From Dipteris shenzhenensis (taxonomy: Eukaryota): 64,000 nt of DNA. A program made the translations under genes and the position numbers. This document shows positions 61,901 to 64,000 of this stretch, in pieces. Where the stretch lies: the NCBI GenBank assembly GCA_047967505.1, contig CM106538.1. One strand, given 5' to 3'. Position 1 is the first letter of the stretch; each line of letters begins with the position of its first letter. The notes under the pieces were generated by a model. That model had not been told where the DNA came from, did no database searches, and saw only the letters and a program-made list of their open reading frames with translations.

Positions 61901-64000
61901 CTAAAATGCACCCTTCACAGGCATGTGGAGGAGGTATCTCAAGAGGTGGCAATGCATCAACCATTGAAAATTTCTGAAGTGTCATTAAGCTGTTGTAATG
62001 CATGTGGCCATATCTAGCATGCCATAATTTTGCATTTTGCATGGCAGCTGTAGGAGTAGAAACTGCCAGAGCATGGGCTGCTCTTTTCTCAAAAATATCA
62101 AGGTGAAAAAGCCCACGCAGCAGAGTACCAGATAACATTAAGGCATAGTTAGCTTCCCTGTCTCGGACAGCACATTTGTCATCCTCAAAGATGACCTGAA
62201 ATCCCCCTCTGTTAAGAGTGGACACTGAAAGGAGATTTTTGGTTATGCCAGGCACATATAAGACATCAGAAAGTCTGAAAATTGAGCCATCAATTGCAGT
62301 GAGCTCAACTTCTCCTGTGCCACGTACTGAATATGAGGAGTTGTTGGCACAAGTGACTTTCTTACCAACAGGAGGTGGATGCAAGGAAGTAAAAAGACAC
62401 TTCCTAGAAGTGATGTGCTTGGATGCACCGCTATCAAAATACCATGTGTTCAGTGTTTCATTAACACTGAAAGTAGATGCATCTGTAGAAGAGTCAAAGC
62501 TGCAAGTCAAAAAAGCATATGTATCATCACTGCAAGAGGCTGTACTATCCCAAGCATCTGGAACAGCCAACCTAGAATCTGAAATGCAAGATAAAAAGGC
62601 ATAATCTTGACCAACAAAGTTGGCTGTAGCATCCCCACTATCAGATGCACAAGGGGCTGAATCTGAAACAGCCATTCCTGAGCTGTTTTTCTTTTCTTTT
62701 GCAATCCTTTTCCTGCATTCTGCTATGTGATGACCTGGCTTTTTGTAGTAGTGACAAAAACCCTTCTTTTTGGGCTTACTTGCATCACTTTTAGCCTTTT
62801 GTGAAGGCTGTCCTGACCCACTGGAAGGCTGATTTGCTGCTGTCTTTGCCTGTCCCTTTGTTTTTGATTTAAATTTTGAGAGCATGGCTTGTTCACCTGC
62901 ACATGAAGCCAAATTTTTCCTGGTCTGCTGTTCCTGAAGCAGAAGTCCTATCAACTCATGAAAAGTGAGAGGATTTGCACCCCCCCTCAATGATAAATTC
63001 AGCGAAGTGTGAAAGCTGAGATAAGACTCAGGAAGAGAATTCAGAGTGGTTGTAATCATCTCTGAATCAGGAATAATTTCATCTATGTTTAACAATTGCT
63101 CTCTGAGATCCTGTAGCTTTGTGAGGTGGACTGACATGGAGTCACCCTCCTCCATATGGTATTGCTCAACTCTCTTTTTAAGAAAGATACCCTGGCATCA
63201 TTCCGTGCTGCATACATGCTTTCCAAAATATCCCACGCTGCCCTGGAGGTCTTACACGACCGGATATGCGGAATGATTGATCTTTTCACTGAAAGAGAGA
63301 TGCATGACAAGGCTAAGGCATCCCGTGAATCCCATCTTTTCTGCTCTGGAGTATTGACTGTAGCTGCACCAACAACTTGTCCTGCAGCTGCACCCTGTGC
63401 ACGACCTCTTCCACCTCCTTGCTGAGGAGGGGTAGCAGGTGCAATATCTGCTGGTCGGATTTCATCCCCATTGACATAATCCCATAAATTGCGAGAAATC
63501 AGAATATTACGTACCATGAAACTCCAGAGGGAGTAGTTGGTACCATCCAACTTGTCTTCCTGTGAAAGACCACCGAACTGGAACTCATTCTGATTTTGAT
63601 GGGCCATATCTGAGAAAGAGATTGAAGCAGATACAAAGCTGAATTCCCTTACTGGGAATAAAATGCACAACTCCCAAAAACACAGCCAAGCACGGCGGGC
63701 TGTATATGCAACTTAGATTTCTGTACTTGAGCTGTCAGAAATCTGTCCAAGCATCAAACACTCTCCAAAATCTGCCAATAGTGTTCCAAACACTCCAAGA
63801 AAGGCAGTATGTACTGAATACTCCAAAAAATGCTCTCTCAACACAAAAGCCCCAATTTGTGGCTAGAAATTGCAGCCAGAAAGGGACAAAATTACTAAAA
63901 ACCCCAAATCTGCAATTTTTAAACAAAAGCCCCAAATTTCAGACTAGATCTGCAATTTTGCTCCAGATGTAGCTCCAAAATTGCACAATGATTGCAATGT
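58954..64000 (-). mobile_element. Second copy of the same copia family, inverted; 5' LTR beyond window end
   Basis: 3' LTR 58954-59228 (275 bp), PPT at 59229-59235. The internal sequence is nearly identical to 29495-34264. Confidence 0.96.
59264..63607 (-). pseudogene. Disabled copia gag-pol
   Basis: ATG at 63607; 1-bp deletion near 63157; 1-bp insertion near 61425; CGA>TGA at 60518-60520; CAG>TAG at 59687-59689 relative to the intact copy. Confidence 0.95.

Overview
This is plant nuclear DNA from a repeat-rich, large-intron genome; a fern or other non-flowering vascular plant is plausible but cannot be proven from the sequence. The whole 64 kb appears to lie inside one + strand host gene, a WD40 protein of the WDR89/Arabidopsis GTS1 family. 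Four internal exons are visible (15602-15809, 42953-43051, 43204-43278, 49684-49794; 493 coding bp), separated by introns of >15.6 kb, 27,143 bp, 152 bp, 6,405 bp and >14.2 kb. The introns hold nested retrotransposons: a disabled Ty1/copia (1-~4430); a Tat-type Ty3/gypsy remnant with an extra RNase H; a young, structurally complete Ty1/copia (28646-34533; 269-bp LTRs differing at one base, TAGGT TSD, intact 1447-aa ORF); an inverted, disabled copy of the same family (58954->64000); two L1-type LINE families in at least nine pieces; and several degraded LTR fragments. The most unusual signals are three. First, about 29 GTAC cores (SBP/SPL-type sites) lie within ~400 bp of the young copia leader. 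Second, the two ~5-kb inverted copia copies bracket three phase-0 host exons. Third, an ATGA stop/start overlap couples LINE ORF1 and ORF2 in two diverged copies. I found no novel multi-gene system; most short ORFs in the track are antisense or alternative-frame noise of TEs.
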